NCBI RefSeq assembly: GCF_900111905.1
Contig: NZ_FOKM01000019.1
Span: 57,172-121,171 of the forward strand
Direction: 5' to 3'
From: Rhizobium sp. NFR07
GTDB taxonomy: Bacteria; Pseudomonadota; Alphaproteobacteria; Rhizobiales; Rhizobiaceae
Length of the DNA stretch: 64,000 nt
This document shows, piece by piece, positions 31,080 to 41,286 of the stretch; positions within the stretch are counted from its first letter, which is position 1, and each line of letters starts with the position of its first letter. The notes beneath the pieces are model-generated. The model searched no databases. It saw only the letters and a program-made list of their open reading frames with translations, and was not told the DNA's origin. Both the position numbers and the translations under genes were made by a program.

Positions 31080-31790
31080 ATGAAGATCACCTGGCTCGGC
31101 CATGCCGCGTTCTGTATCGAGACCGCGAAGGCGAAGATCCTGATCGATCCCTTCCTCTCCTATAACCAGCCCTTTGCCGATGCCGGCCTCGACATCAAGG
31201 ACGTGACGGACGGCATTACCCACATCCTGCTGACCCACGGTCACGCCGACCATGTCGGTGATACGGTCGCCATCGCCAAGGAAAAGGGCGCTGTCGTTCT
31301 CGCCAATGCCGATCTCGGCTCCTGGCTCGGCACCAAGGGCCTAGAAAAGATCGAGATGGGCAATACCGGCGGTACTGTCGGCTTCGAAGGCTTTACCGCG
31401 ACCTTCACCCAGGCGCTGCATTCCTCCGGCCAAGTGGATGAAATGGGCGTCGCCCATTCGCTCGGCTCTGCCAACGGCCTGATGCTGCATCTCGACGACG
31501 AGATGTCGGTGCTGCATATGGGCGATACCGATATCTTCACCGACATGGGGCTGATCAACGAACTGCACCAGCCGGATATCGGCATCGTGCCGGTCGGCGA
31601 CCGCTTCACCATGGGCGGTGCGGTCGCGGCGCTGGCCTGCCAGCGCTTCTTCGATTTCAAGCACGCCATTCCCTGCCATTATGGCACTTTCCCGATCATC
31701 GATCAGACGCCGGAAAAGTTCGTCAAGGGCATGGAAGGCATGAAGACCAATGTCGAGGCTCCGAAGCCCGGCGCGACGCTGAGCTTCTGA
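31080..31790 (+). CDS. Metallo-beta-lactamase-fold metal-dependent hydrolase (UPF0173 type)
   Basis: HxHxDH motif ([11 protein letters not shown]); AAGGAG SD before ATG 31080. Confidence 0.8.
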   Translation: MKITWLGHAAFCIETAKAKILIDPFLSYNQPFADAGLDIKDVTDGITHILLTHGHADHVGDTVAIAKEKGAVVLANADLGSWLGTKGLEKIEMGNTGGTVGFEGFTATFTQALHSSGQVDEMGVAHSLGSANGLMLHLDDEMSVLHMGDTDIFTDMGLINELHQPDIGIVPVGDRFTMGGAVAALACQRFFDFKHAIPCHYGTFPIIDQTPEKFVKGMEGMKTNVEAPKPGATLSF

Positions 31791-31903
31791 GGCTCGACGA
31801 AGACTAAAGGGCGGCGCCGGTGAAATGAACGGTGCCCCCTGTTGCGAAGGGCGGGTATGGTCATTATAGCGAAGGGGATTTCTTATTGCCCCGGAGTTTA
31901 GCC

Positions 31904-32191
31904 ATGTCCGTCGATCTCGCCACCGTCAAGCGCGTCGCGCGCCTTGCCCGCATTGCGGTCTCGGAAGAAGATGCCAATCGCATGGTCGGTGAGTTGAACG
32001 GCATCATCGATTTCGTCGAGCAGCTTTCCGAAGTGGATGTGACCGGCGTCGAGCCGATGACCTCGGTGACGCCGATGGACATGCGCAAGCGCCAGGACGA
32101 CGTGACCGACGGCGACAAGGCCGAGGATATCGTCGCCAACGCGCCGTCCACCGACCGCAATTTCTTCCTGGTGCCGAAGGTTGTCGAATAA
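31904..32191 (+). CDS. gatC: Asp-tRNA(Asn)/Glu-tRNA(Gln) amidotransferase subunit C
   Basis: 95-aa product [23 protein letters not shown]...; directly upstream of gatA. Confidence 0.85.
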   Translation: MSVDLATVKRVARLARIAVSEEDANRMVGELNGIIDFVEQLSEVDVTGVEPMTSVTPMDMRKRQDDVTDGDKAEDIVANAPSTDRNFFLVPKVVE

Positions 32192-32251
32192 GCCGCTCGT
32201 CTGAGAAGCGCTTCCGACCCTCTCCACGCATTCGAACATTTTGAAGAGACC

Positions 32252-33733
32252 ATGACCGAACTCACCAGCCTCACCATTGCCGAAGCCCGCGAGAAGCTCG
32301 CGTCGAAGGAAATCACCTCGGTCGAGCTGACCAAGGCCTATGTCGATGCGATCGATGCCTTCAACGGCACGTTCAATGCCTATGTCACCACCACGCCGGA
32401 AAAGGCGATGGAGATGGCGAAGGCTTCCGACGAGCGCCGCGCCGCCGGCACGGTCGGCGCGCTGGAAGGCATCCCGCTCGGCATCAAGGACCTGTTCGCC
32501 ACCGAGGGGGTCCACACCCAGGCCGCCTCGCACATTCTCGACGGCTTCAAGCCGAAATACGAATCGACCGTTACCCAGAACCTCTGGGACGATGGCGCCG
32601 TCATGCTCGGCAAGCTCAACATGGACGAATTCGCCATGGGCTCGTCCAACGAGACCTCGTTCTATGGTCCGGTGATCAACCCTTGGAAAGCCGAAGGCTC
32701 CAACCAGCAGCTCGTGCCCGGCGGCTCGTCCGGTGGTTCGGCGGCAGCCGTTGCCGCACATCTCTGCGCCGGCGCGACCGCCACCGATACCGGCGGTTCG
32801 ATCCGCCAGCCGGCAGCCTTCACCGGCACCGTTGGCATCAAGCCGACCTATGGCCGCTGCTCGCGCTGGGGCACGGTCGCGTTTGCTTCCTCGCTCGACC
32901 AGGCCGGCCCGATCGCCCGCGACGTGCGTGATGCCGCGATCATGCTGAAGTCCATGGCCTCCGTCGACAAGAAGGACACGACCTCGGTCGACCTTCCGAT
33001 CCCGGACTACGAGGCGGCTCTCGGCCAGTCGGTCAAGGGCATGAAGATCGGCATTCCGAAGGAATATCGCGTCGACAACATGCCAGAAGATATCGAAGCA
33101 CTCTGGCAGAAGGGCATCGCCTATCTGAAGGACGCCGGTGCCGAGATCGTCGACATCACCCTGCCGCACACGAAATATGCGCTGCCGGCCTATTACATCG
33201 TGGCGCCTGCCGAAGCGTCGTCCAACCTTGCTCGCTATGACGGCGTTCGCTACGGCCTGCGCGTCGACGGCAAGGACATTGCCGACATGTACGAAAAGAC
33301 CCGCGCCGCCGGCTTCGGCACCGAGGTCAAGCGCCGCATCATGATCGGCACCTACGTCCTGTCGGCCGGTTATTACGATGCCTATTACCTGCAGGCGCAG
33401 AAGGTTCGCACGCTGATCAAGCGCGATTTCGAGCTGGCCTTCCATGCCGGTGTCGACGCGATCCTGACGCCGGCCACGCCGTCGTCGGCCTTCGGCATCG
33501 CAGACGAGAACCTCGCTGCCGATCCGGTCGCCATGTACCTGAACGACATCTTCACGGTGACGGTCAACATGGCCGGCCTGCCGGGCATCGCGGTACCTGC
33601 CGGCCTCGACAAGAAGGGCCTGCCGCTCGGTCTGCAGCTCATCGGCAAGCCGTTCGAGGAGGAGACGCTGTTCCGCACCGCTCATGTCATCGAACAGGCA
33701 GCCGGCAAGTTCACGCCGGCCAAGTGGTGGTAA
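32252..33733 (+). CDS. gatA: Asp-tRNA(Asn)/Glu-tRNA(Gln) amidotransferase subunit A
   Basis: Amidase signature [13 protein letters not shown]. Confidence 0.9.
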   Translation: MTELTSLTIAEAREKLASKEITSVELTKAYVDAIDAFNGTFNAYVTTTPEKAMEMAKASDERRAAGTVGALEGIPLGIKDLFATEGVHTQAASHILDGFKPKYESTVTQNLWDDGAVMLGKLNMDEFAMGSSNETSFYGPVINPWKAEGSNQQLVPGGSSGGSAAAVAAHLCAGATATDTGGSIRQPAAFTGTVGIKPTYGRCSRWGTVAFASSLDQAGPIARDVRDAAIMLKSMASVDKKDTTSVDLPIPDYEAALGQSVKGMKIGIPKEYRVDNMPEDIEALWQKGIAYLKDAGAEIVDITLPHTKYALPAYYIVAPAEASSNLARYDGVRYGLRVDGKDIADMYEKTRAAGFGTEVKRRIMIGTYVLSAGYYDAYYLQAQKVRTLIKRDFELAFHAGVDAILTPATPSSAFGIADENLAADPVAMYLNDIFTVTVNMAGLPGIAVPAGLDKKGLPLGLQLIGKPFEEETLFRTAHVIEQAAGKFTPAKWW

Positions 33734-34236
33734 GCGGGCTGGAAATTCGAGAAATGACTGTCGCCGACCACCTAGTGGTCGGCGAAGTCGGTTTTGCGGC
33801 CTGGAAATCCAGTGACGCCTTCAAGGGGATGCTGCTCGCCCCCGACGTGATCGAGCGGACGCGCGAGGCCTACGAGAGCTTTGCGCCGCAGACACAGGGC
33901 GAGGTCTGGATCGCGGACATCGACGGCGAGGTCGTCGGTTGGGCGGCACGCGATGGCGCGCCGAACTATATTTCAGATGTCTGGATCAGGCCCGATCATC
34001 AGGGCAAGGGCAAGGGCAAGGGCAAGGGCATCGGCAGAGCCCTTGTCGAACATGCCTGCGAGCGGATCGAGGCAGAAGGCCATGCGACGGCCACCATCCA
34101 CAGCCATGCTCGAAACGCCTCTGCGATCCGTCTATACGAGCGCTGCGGTTTTTCCACTGTCTGGCGCGGCATCGAGCCTTCCAAGAGCATGGGCATGGAC
34201 CTCGAAAAGATTCATCTTGAAAAGCCACTCACTTGA
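33724..34236 (+). CDS. GNAT family N-acetyltransferase carrying an in-frame (GGCAAG)x4 repeat
   Basis: GNAT acetyl-CoA motif region reads [17 protein letters not shown]; hexamer repeat at 34003..34029. Confidence 0.75.
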   Translation: MVVSGLEIREMTVADHLVVGEVGFAAWKSSDAFKGMLLAPDVIERTREAYESFAPQTQGEVWIADIDGEVVGWAARDGAPNYISDVWIRPDHQGKGKGKGKGIGRALVEHACERIEAEGHATATIHSHARNASAIRLYERCGFSTVWRGIEPSKSMGMDLEKIHLEKPLT

Positions 34237-34453
34237 AAATTCAGCGTTTCTAATGTGTTGCGTTTGCGCAACGTTGTTCCGGCGACTGATTCGGCGAGGC
34301 TTATCGGCGGTTGCCGGGAACAAGTCTTTCCCCTAAATGCGCCCTCCCGGTCGTCAGCCGGTATGGATATCAGCGGATGGAGTTACAAACCTCCTCCCGT
34401 GCAGTGCGGCTTTGCCGGTCTGTATGCGGATGCCATGCCGGAGGTCGGAATAT

Positions 34454-34527
34454 TGCGATGTAGCTCAGCGGTAGAGCACCGGCATTTCAGCCGGAGGTCG
34501 CGGGTTCGAGTCCCGTTATTGCAGCCA
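34454..34527 (+). tRNA. tRNA-like gene 1 (canonical arms, non-7-nt anticodon loop; possible pseudo-tRNA or unusual tRNA)
   Basis: Canonical D arm (TAGCTCAGCGGTAGAGCA), T arm (GCGGGTTCGAGTCCCGT), 7-bp acceptor with 2 G-U pairs, encoded CCA; anticodon stem CCGGC/GCCGG leaves a 6-nt loop ATTTCA (or 8-nt if closing pair opens). Confidence 0.5.
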
Positions 34528-34597
34528 TTGGATAGCTCAGTGGATAGAGCATCAGATTTAGGTTCTGAAGTCGAAGGTTCGAATCCTTCTCCAGCAC
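34526..34597 (+). tRNA. tRNA-like gene 2 (class-I body, anticodon UAG, mismatched acceptor terminus; possible pseudo-tRNA)
   Basis: D arm TAGCTCAGTGGATAGAGCA; anticodon arm TCAGA-TTTAGGT-TCTGA (anticodon TAG); 4-nt variable loop; T arm GAAGGTTCGAATCCTTC; acceptor pairs 1-72 and 2-71 mismatched; no encoded CCA; starts overlapping the CCA of tRNA-like gene 1. Confidence 0.45.
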
Positions 34598-34887
34598 CCT
34601 GCAACGGTGTTCCAATATTTGACGGTTCGGGGACCGGAATGCCGATGAAGGGGAAGGAGCCGAAAGGCTTCCGATCTTTCTGACACCAAGGGCGCAAGCC
34701 AGAACGACTGCGAAGATCGCGCCGCATGCCGGTCAGCTAAGGAGCTTCTCCGAGGCCCGCCCGTGTGCTGCAACGTCCTCTCCTGCCGTTCCGCGAGCGC
34801 CCCTTGCCACCGGTCCCCGGATCAAAATGCCGGGAAGAATGAAAACTGAACTGAAAGGACATATCGGCCGATGATATAGCCGAAGGA

Positions 34888-36039
34888 GTGAAGAACATGA
34901 CTGGACTTTTCGAGATGATTTTGGGACGCAAGCGCGTCCTCGTGAAGGAAAACGAACGCGTAATTGCCCTGAACAAGGGCCAGATCCTGGGCATATTCGG
35001 GCCCGGCATGCATTGGATGCCGAACACCCGCAACAGCCTGGAAATCGCGCGTTACGACCTGAGCACCCCCGCGTTCAATTCGCTGTACGAAAAGCCTCTG
35101 TTCGATAAGCTCCCGGATGTGGCCGAACGCAATCTCGCCGTTTTCCGAACGGGCCCGAGCGAGGTGGCGGTCATTGAGCGCGATGGCGCGATCCATGCCG
35201 TGCTGATGCCGAACCAGAAGCTGATCGTCTGGAAGGATGCCGGTCCGTGGTCTGAGACGCGTATCGACGTATCGGGCGATCTTTCGGTCGCACCGGCGTT
35301 GATGCGCCGCCTCGCCCAGGCCCGTCATGCGGCTGCGATCAGCTCCTATGTCGTCAACGAGGGGCAGGTCGGCCTGCTCTTCATCGACGGCGCACAGGCC
35401 GGCATATTGTCGGCCGGCGTGCACGGGTTCTGGAATGTCGGCAAGGCGTTCCAGGTCAAGGTGATCGACCTCAAGTGGCAGTCGCTCGATGTGACGGGCC
35501 AGGAGCTCCTGACCCGTGACCGCGTGACGATCCGCATCAACATCTCCGCCGAATACCGTGTCACCGACCCGGTCAAGGTGGTGACGGTGGTGAAGGACTT
35601 CTCCGACGCGCTGTACCGCGCGCTGCAGTTCGTCTTCCGCCACACGCTCGGCAGCCTGACGCTCGACCAGATCCTCGAGCGCAAGGTGACGATCAATGCG
35701 GAAGCGGCCGAAAAGGTGCGCATCGACATGGCGGCGATCGGCATCGAGGTGGCGGGCATCGAGCTCAAGGACGTGATCCTGCCGGGCGAGATGCGCGAGA
35801 TCCTCAACCAGGTCGTTGCCGCCGAAAAGCAGGCCGAGGCGAACGTAATCCGCCGCCGTGAAGAAACGAACGCCACCCGTTCACTTCTCAACACAGCCAA
35901 GGTGATGGCCGAGAACCCGGTCATGTTGCGCCTGAAGGAACTCGAGGCGCTCGAAACCATCGCCGGCAAGGTTGGTCACCTGACCATCCACAACGGCACC
36001 GGCGGGTTGATGAACGACATTATCAACCTGCGCGACTGA
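34888..36039 (+). CDS. SPFH/band-7 domain protein (stomatin/slipin-like)
   Basis: 383 aa; band-7 core (ELLTRDRVTIRINISAEYRVTDP) and coiled-coil tail (EKQAEANVIRRREE). Confidence 0.8.
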   Translation: MKNMTGLFEMILGRKRVLVKENERVIALNKGQILGIFGPGMHWMPNTRNSLEIARYDLSTPAFNSLYEKPLFDKLPDVAERNLAVFRTGPSEVAVIERDGAIHAVLMPNQKLIVWKDAGPWSETRIDVSGDLSVAPALMRRLAQARHAAAISSYVVNEGQVGLLFIDGAQAGILSAGVHGFWNVGKAFQVKVIDLKWQSLDVTGQELLTRDRVTIRINISAEYRVTDPVKVVTVVKDFSDALYRALQFVFRHTLGSLTLDQILERKVTINAEAAEKVRIDMAAIGIEVAGIELKDVILPGEMREILNQVVAAEKQAEANVIRRREETNATRSLLNTAKVMAENPVMLRLKELEALETIAGKVGHLTIHNGTGGLMNDIINLRD

Positions 36040-36045
36040 AGAGAA

Positions 36046-36079
36046 CAGGCGCCGCCCGACAAGACCGGCGGCGCCTTTT
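36046..36079 (+). terminator. Rho-independent terminator after the SPFH gene
   Basis: GGCGCCGCC-loop-GGCGGCGCC followed by TTTTT. Confidence 0.6.
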
Positions 36080-36108
36080 TCGTTCGGGAACGAGAAGGAA
36101 GAACGGCG

Positions 36109-36378
36109 ATGCCGAAACAGGATCTTGGCCATCTTATCGAAGCCCTCGACAGGCTGGCCGTCGCCGATTTTGCGATGGGGCCGGAATGGCAGGCCGTGCA
36201 CGACATCTGTCAAGCCCATGAGGGAGAGCAGCCCTTCGATTGGGGCCATGCGCTCTGCCATCGGATCGAAGGCGACGACTGGAATGCGGGCTACTGGTAT
36301 CGCCGCGCTGGAAAGCCGGTTGCAAATGGCGCCTTCGCAGACGAATGGGCGGCCATGAAGGTGGAAATTTCAACCTAA
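36109..36378 (+). CDS. Hypothetical protein (89 aa)
   Basis: Own SD (GAGAAGGAAG) after a terminator; no recognisable family. Confidence 0.4.
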   Translation: MPKQDLGHLIEALDRLAVADFAMGPEWQAVHDICQAHEGEQPFDWGHALCHRIEGDDWNAGYWYRRAGKPVANGAFADEWAAMKVEIST

Positions 36379-36454
36379 ACGGAAATGTGTGCGTATCGCC
36401 GTCTGGTCAAAAGACCAGACTCAATGCTCTACTGTTCCGACAACAGGGGCAAGC

Positions 36455-36964
36455 ATGGCCACAACCCGCAACGCGCGTGAAGACGAAGTGGACGTCCTGG
36501 CGGAAATCGGTTTCCGCGCGTGGGAAAAGGCGATGGAGTCGATCGGCGAGATGACCGATATGCGCGACAGCGCATTGTCCGCCTTCCGCAATTTCGCCCG
36601 CTCCTCCTGGCTCACCATCACCGTCGTCGAGCAGCATGGCTATCAGGCCGGCTGGGCTGCCCGCGAACATCTCGACGAGCTGATCTCGGATTTCTGGATC
36701 GATCCGCATTATCGCAGGCAGGGGCTCGGCAAGGCGCTTCTGGCCGAGGTGGAGTCCGAGATCCTGCGCCAGGGTTTCGAGGCGGCCCGTATCGAAACCC
36801 ACGCCCAGAACAGCGAGGCGACCGGTTTCTTCGAGAAGCACGGCTACCGCATCAACTGGCTGTCGATCGCCTATTCGCCGAAGATCGACCGCGACGTGCA
36901 GTCGGTCGGCCTTACAAAGGCGCTCGTCGAAGCGCCGCCCGCTGCTTATGGCCACGAATTTTAG
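36455..36964 (+). CDS. GNAT family N-acetyltransferase
   Basis: GNAT motif A (HYRRQGLGKALL). Confidence 0.75.
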   Translation: MATTRNAREDEVDVLAEIGFRAWEKAMESIGEMTDMRDSALSAFRNFARSSWLTITVVEQHGYQAGWAAREHLDELISDFWIDPHYRRQGLGKALLAEVESEILRQGFEAARIETHAQNSEATGFFEKHGYRINWLSIAYSPKIDRDVQSVGLTKALVEAPPAAYGHEF

Positions 36965-37284
36965 CTATCCATGCTCCAGTGCCGGAGCAAGGCAACGAGC
37001 CCGTCCGGCGCTGCGATGACGGCGAAGAGACAGGCAAGCTGCAGGATGAAGAAGAAGGGCAGGGCCACATTGAATGGCGGCTTGCGTGTCTTGTGGCGAA
37101 GCAGCCTCTGTGCTGCGAGCGCTCCTGCGCCTCCACCGGCGAAGGCGAGGAGCAGAAGGGTCGATTCCCGTATGCGCCATTCATTTCTGCGAGCTGCCCG
37201 CTTGTCCCACCAGTAGACCAGGAAGACGGCCGCGTTCAGCATGAGATAGGCGAGCAGGAGATGCGGGTAGTATCCGGGTTGCAT
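36961..37284 (-). CDS. DUF1294 domain membrane protein
   Basis: YWWDKRAARRNEWRIRESTLLLLAFAGGGAG motif characteristic of DUF1294. Confidence 0.7.
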   Translation of the reverse strand: MQPGYYPHLLLAYLMLNAAVFLVYWWDKRAARRNEWRIRESTLLLLAFAGGGAGALAAQRLLRHKTRKPPFNVALPFFFILQLACLFAVIAAPDGLVALLRHWSMDS

Positions 37285-37373
37285 GCCTGCTTCTACGCGA
37301 CGGGCGGTTAATCAATGTCACCCGCGAATGCCACGCCTGGTCGGATCGATGTGAAGCTCCTGTCGCCGACGCA

Positions 37374-37982
37374 TCAGGCGGAGACCAGAAGCGCAATTGC
37401 CGGCAGCATGATCAGACCTCCGAGAGCGATATTGAGGAACCTGGCGATTTCCTTCCTGGCGAGCAGAAACCGCAATCCCTGTCCACCGCTCGCGTAGAGA
37501 AGAAGAGATGCCAGTTCGATGACCACGAGCAGCGCGACGAGCTGTAGGGCCTGGGGCATGAGCGGCCGCTGGGGAAGGAGCAGGGCCGGCAGCATTGCCG
37601 TATAGAGGATCCAGGCCTTGGGATTGCTCGCCGCGACGAAGAACCCCAATCTGGCGAGAGCAAAGGGCGAGTCCGCCTGGCCGGATATTTGCTGATCTGT
37701 TTCTGGTTGGGCGGAAAACATGACGCAGGCCCCGACATAAAGCAGATAGGCGCTGCCCAGGACCGTCATTGCCTTGTAGGCAAGCGGATTGCCGAGAAAG
37801 AGTGTCGAGATGCCCATGAGCACGAAGGTTGCGATCAGCGCCACCGCGCACAACTCGCCGGCCATCATCCAGAGTGTCCGGCCGACACCGATCCGAAGGC
37901 CGAGGTTCAGTGCCAGAAGCATGCACAGGCCGGGCAGAAGAGAGACGGAGATCAGTACGGGTATCGCGTTGGTCAGCATCAT
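37374..37982 (-). CDS. LysE/RhtB family amino-acid exporter
   Basis: 202 aa, 6 TM, LysE-type organisation. Confidence 0.7.
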   Translation of the reverse strand: MMLTNAIPVLISVSLLPGLCMLLALNLGLRIGVGRTLWMMAGELCAVALIATFVLMGISTLFLGNPLAYKAMTVLGSAYLLYVGACVMFSAQPETDQQISGQADSPFALARLGFFVAASNPKAWILYTAMLPALLLPQRPLMPQALQLVALLVVIELASLLLYASGGQGLRFLLARKEIARFLNIALGGLIMLPAIALLVSA

Positions 37983-38208
37983 CTATCCCAGGCAGGTTCA
38001 AAAGTCCTGGGGCGGACAAGATACCGCTTTGATCACCCGTTTGTTTTAAGGGTGCCCGGATGCTCTTACAGCTGTAATGGCGGCAGGGCTTGCGCGCGCC
38101 GGCAGTTTGGCCGCGGCGATGCTGTACCAAGCCGCCGCAAGCCTTGCGTCACAGCCGCATTTGCTCTACCTCACGGGCTAGCAATCGACACTATTCCAAG
38201 AGCATAAG

Positions 38209-39711
38209 ATGACCCTGATCGACGTCCGTACCCCCGATCCGAAACGCTTCATCCCCGGCGCCACCGGCGACTGGGAAGTGATCATCGGCATGGAGGTTCA
38301 CGCTCAGGTCCTCTCCAATTCAAAGCTCTTCTCCGGCGCCTCGACGGAATTCGGCAAGCCGGCAAACGGCAATGTGTCCCTCGTCGATGCCGCCATGCCA
38401 GGGATGCTGCCGGTCATCAACGAGGAATGTGTCCGTCAGGCGGTGCGCACCGGTCTCGGCCTGAAGGCCCAGATCAACAAGCGCTCGATCTTCGACCGCA
38501 AGAACTATTTCTATCCCGACCTGCCGCAGGGCTACCAGATCTCGCAGTTCAAGGATCCGATCGTCGGCGAGGGCCAGATCGTCATCTCGCTCGGTCCGGA
38601 TCGTCAGGGCCAGTTCGAGGATATCGAGATCGGCATCGAGCGCCTGCACCTGGAACAGGACGCCGGCAAGTCGATGCATGACCAGCATCCGACCATGTCC
38701 TATGTCGACCTCAACCGCTCCGGCGTCGCGCTAATGGAAATCGTGTCGAAGCCCGACATGCGTTCCTCCGACGAAGCCAAGGCCTACATGACCAAGCTGC
38801 GCTCGATCGTGCGTTACCTCGGCACCTGCGACGGCAACATGGACGAAGGTTCGATGCGCGCCGACGTCAACGTCTCCGTGCGCCGTCCGGGCGAGGGTTT
38901 CGGCACGCGCTGCGAGATCAAGAACGTCAACTCGATCCGCTTCATCGGCCAGGCGATCGAATACGAGGCACGCCGCCAGATCGCCATCCTCGAGGACGGC
39001 GGCTCGATCGACCAGGAGACCCGCCTCTTCGATCCGGGCAAGGGCGAGACCCGCTCGATGCGCTCGAAGGAAGACGCGCATGACTACCGCTATTTCCCCG
39101 ATCCGGATCTGCTGCCGCTCGAATTCGACGATGCCTTCATCGACATGCTGCGCGCAGACCTCACCGAACTGCCGGACGACAAGAAGGCTCGCTTCGTGTC
39201 GGAACTCGGCCTGTCGATCTATGACGCCTCGGTTCTCGTCTCGGAAAAGGCGATCGCCGATTATTTCGAAGCCGTTGCCGAAGGCCGCGACGGCAAGATG
39301 GCGGCAAACTGGGTCATCAACGACCTGCTGGGTGCCTTGAACAGAATCGGCAAAGATATTGAAGAGACTCCGGTTTCTCCGGCTCAGCTCGGCGGCATCA
39401 TCGACCTGATCAAGGCCGAGACCATTTCCGGCAAGATCGCCAAGGACCTGTTCGAGATCGTGCTCACCGAAGGTGGCGACCCGGCCGAAATCGTCGAAGC
39501 CCGCGGCATGAAGCAGGTGACCGACACCGGCGCTATCGAGAAGGCCGTGGACGAGATCATCGCCGCAAACCCGGATCAGGTCGAGAAGGTGAAGGCCAAG
39601 CCGACGCTTGCCGGCTGGTTCGTCGGGCAGGTGATGAAGTCGACCGGGGGTAAGGCAAACCCGCAGGCCGTTCAGGCGCTGGTCAAGGCCAAGCTCGGAA
39701 TCGAGGAGTAG
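38209..39711 (+). CDS. gatB: Asp-tRNA(Asn)/Glu-tRNA(Gln) amidotransferase subunit B
   Basis: 500 aa; conserved N-terminus ([20 protein letters not shown]) and GatB/YqeY C-terminal domain. Confidence 0.9.
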   Translation: MTLIDVRTPDPKRFIPGATGDWEVIIGMEVHAQVLSNSKLFSGASTEFGKPANGNVSLVDAAMPGMLPVINEECVRQAVRTGLGLKAQINKRSIFDRKNYFYPDLPQGYQISQFKDPIVGEGQIVISLGPDRQGQFEDIEIGIERLHLEQDAGKSMHDQHPTMSYVDLNRSGVALMEIVSKPDMRSSDEAKAYMTKLRSIVRYLGTCDGNMDEGSMRADVNVSVRRPGEGFGTRCEIKNVNSIRFIGQAIEYEARRQIAILEDGGSIDQETRLFDPGKGETRSMRSKEDAHDYRYFPDPDLLPLEFDDAFIDMLRADLTELPDDKKARFVSELGLSIYDASVLVSEKAIADYFEAVAEGRDGKMAANWVINDLLGALNRIGKDIEETPVSPAQLGGIIDLIKAETISGKIAKDLFEIVLTEGGDPAEIVEARGMKQVTDTGAIEKAVDEIIAANPDQVEKVKAKPTLAGWFVGQVMKSTGGKANPQAVQALVKAKLGIEE

Positions 39712-39716
39712 ACCTT

Positions 39717-40223
39717 ATGGTCTACTTCGTTCGCACCGCCGGCGAGGAGGACGTGGAGAAGATCCGCGACCTTCTCGGCGAAACCTTTCACGATACCTAC
39801 GATCCGTTCTACGGCACCGATCAGGTGACGCGTATGGTGAGCGGCTGGCATTCCGCCAACGCGATCCGTCAGCGCATCGGCAAGAAGGACGGTGAGTTCC
39901 TGGTGGCCGATGATGGTCGCAGGATCGGCGGCATCGCCTACGCTGCCATGTATCCGAAAATGGCAAAGACCGTGATGCTGCATCAGCTTTACGTCCGCCC
40001 GTCCTGCCAGAACGAAGGCATTGGCCGCGATCTCTTTGCTGAGGTCGAAACCTGTTTCCCGGATGCCGAAATCATGCGCGTCGAGGTGGCTTTGCCCAAC
40101 GTCCGCGCCATGTCCTTCTACGAGCGCCTCGGCTTTTCCGAGGTCGATCGCATGGAGGAGTGGGGCGCGCCGAATTCGGGCCTGCCCGCCGTCATTCTGG
40201 AAAAGCGATTGCTGCAGCATTGA
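39717..40223 (+). CDS. GNAT family N-acetyltransferase
   Basis: GNAT motif (VRPSCQNEGIGRDLF). Confidence 0.75.
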   Translation: MVYFVRTAGEEDVEKIRDLLGETFHDTYDPFYGTDQVTRMVSGWHSANAIRQRIGKKDGEFLVADDGRRIGGIAYAAMYPKMAKTVMLHQLYVRPSCQNEGIGRDLFAEVETCFPDAEIMRVEVALPNVRAMSFYERLGFSEVDRMEEWGAPNSGLPAVILEKRLLQH

Positions 40224-40248
40224 AACGGACCGCGGGAGGAATAGGCCG

Positions 40249-40710
40249 ATGAGCGAACTGATCATCCGACGGGCGAGGGAGGCGGATCTTCCCGACCTCA
40301 TCGCCATCTTCGCGGCCGACGACAAGGGCGGCCATGGCGATACGACGGATGAGACGGCCTTTGAGGATTATCTGCGCGCCTTCCACATGATCGATGCCTC
40401 GGGCAACGAGCAGCTCTTCGCCGCCGAGCTTGACGGCGCCATCGTCGGCACCTTCCAGATCCTGTTCAACCGCACGCTCACAGGCCGCGGGTCGCTGTCG
40501 ATGATCATCGAAGCGGTGCAGACCAAGCCGGACATGCGCGGCCGTGGCATTGGCGCCCAGATGATTGCCTATGCGATCGACGAGGCCAAGCGCCGGGACT
40601 GCCGGCTGATCCAGCTGACCTCAAATCTGGCCCGCACGGATGCCCATCGCTTCTATGAGCGGCTGGGTTTCACAAAGAGCCATGCGGGCTTCAAGATGAA
40701 GCTCAAATAG
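40249..40710 (+). CDS. GNAT family N-acetyltransferase
   Basis: GNAT motif (MRGRGIGAQMIAYAIDEA); GGGAGGA SD before ATG 40249. Confidence 0.75.
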   Translation: MSELIIRRAREADLPDLIAIFAADDKGGHGDTTDETAFEDYLRAFHMIDASGNEQLFAAELDGAIVGTFQILFNRTLTGRGSLSMIIEAVQTKPDMRGRGIGAQMIAYAIDEAKRRDCRLIQLTSNLARTDAHRFYERLGFTKSHAGFKMKLK

Positions 40711-40810
40711 CAGCGAGCAGTTTTAGAATCGCTGGACATCAACCTGTGTTGGCGTCATAAGCAAGGTGCCCTTAGCGGCTGTCTCATGTGTCAAATCGAC
40801 GGAATGCCCC

Positions 40811-41209
40811 ATGAAAAATCTTCTTCTGCAGATCTTCACCTGGTGGAACGGCCAAACCATGGGGACGCGCTTCTTCACGTGGCGTCACGGCAAGAAGGTC
40901 GGCGAGGATGAATTGGGCAACGTCTATTACGAAGGCCCGATGACCTCCTGGGGCAAGCCCAAGCGTTGGGTGATCTACAAGGGGGTTGCCGAAGCTTCCG
41001 CCATTCCTCCGGGCTGGCACGGCTGGATGCATTACCGCACCGACGTCGCCCCGTCGCAGGAAACCTACACTGCACGCGAATGGCAGAAGCCGCACAAGGA
41101 AAACCTGACCGGCACGCCGTTTGCCTATCGTCCGCAGGGCTCGCTTGCGGCAGGCGGTGAACGCGCCCGCGTCACCGGCGATTACGACGCCTGGACCCCC
41201 GGCAACTGA
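40811..41209 (+). CDS. NDUFA12-like (NADH:ubiquinone oxidoreductase 17.2 kDa subunit family) protein
   Basis: MKNLLLQIFTWWNGQTMGTRFFTWRHGKKVGEDELGNVYYE matches the NDUFA12 family N-terminus. Confidence 0.75.
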   Translation: MKNLLLQIFTWWNGQTMGTRFFTWRHGKKVGEDELGNVYYEGPMTSWGKPKRWVIYKGVAEASAIPPGWHGWMHYRTDVAPSQETYTAREWQKPHKENLTGTPFAYRPQGSLAAGGERARVTGDYDAWTPGN

Positions 41210-41286
41210 TCGGCGAAATAACGCTGTTTTGGCCACAATCGCGGTCTACTCAACGACGCGAACACTGAAGTCGCGACGGGACGGAT

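Noticed and set aside
31898-33685. 595-aa minus-strand ORF
   Set aside because: Antisense to gatC/gatA.
34383-34727. 114-aa minus-strand ORF containing GFEPST-like peptides
   Set aside because: Reverse-complement read-through of the two tRNA-like elements (GFEP is the classic translation of a T-arm in reverse); not a protein gene.
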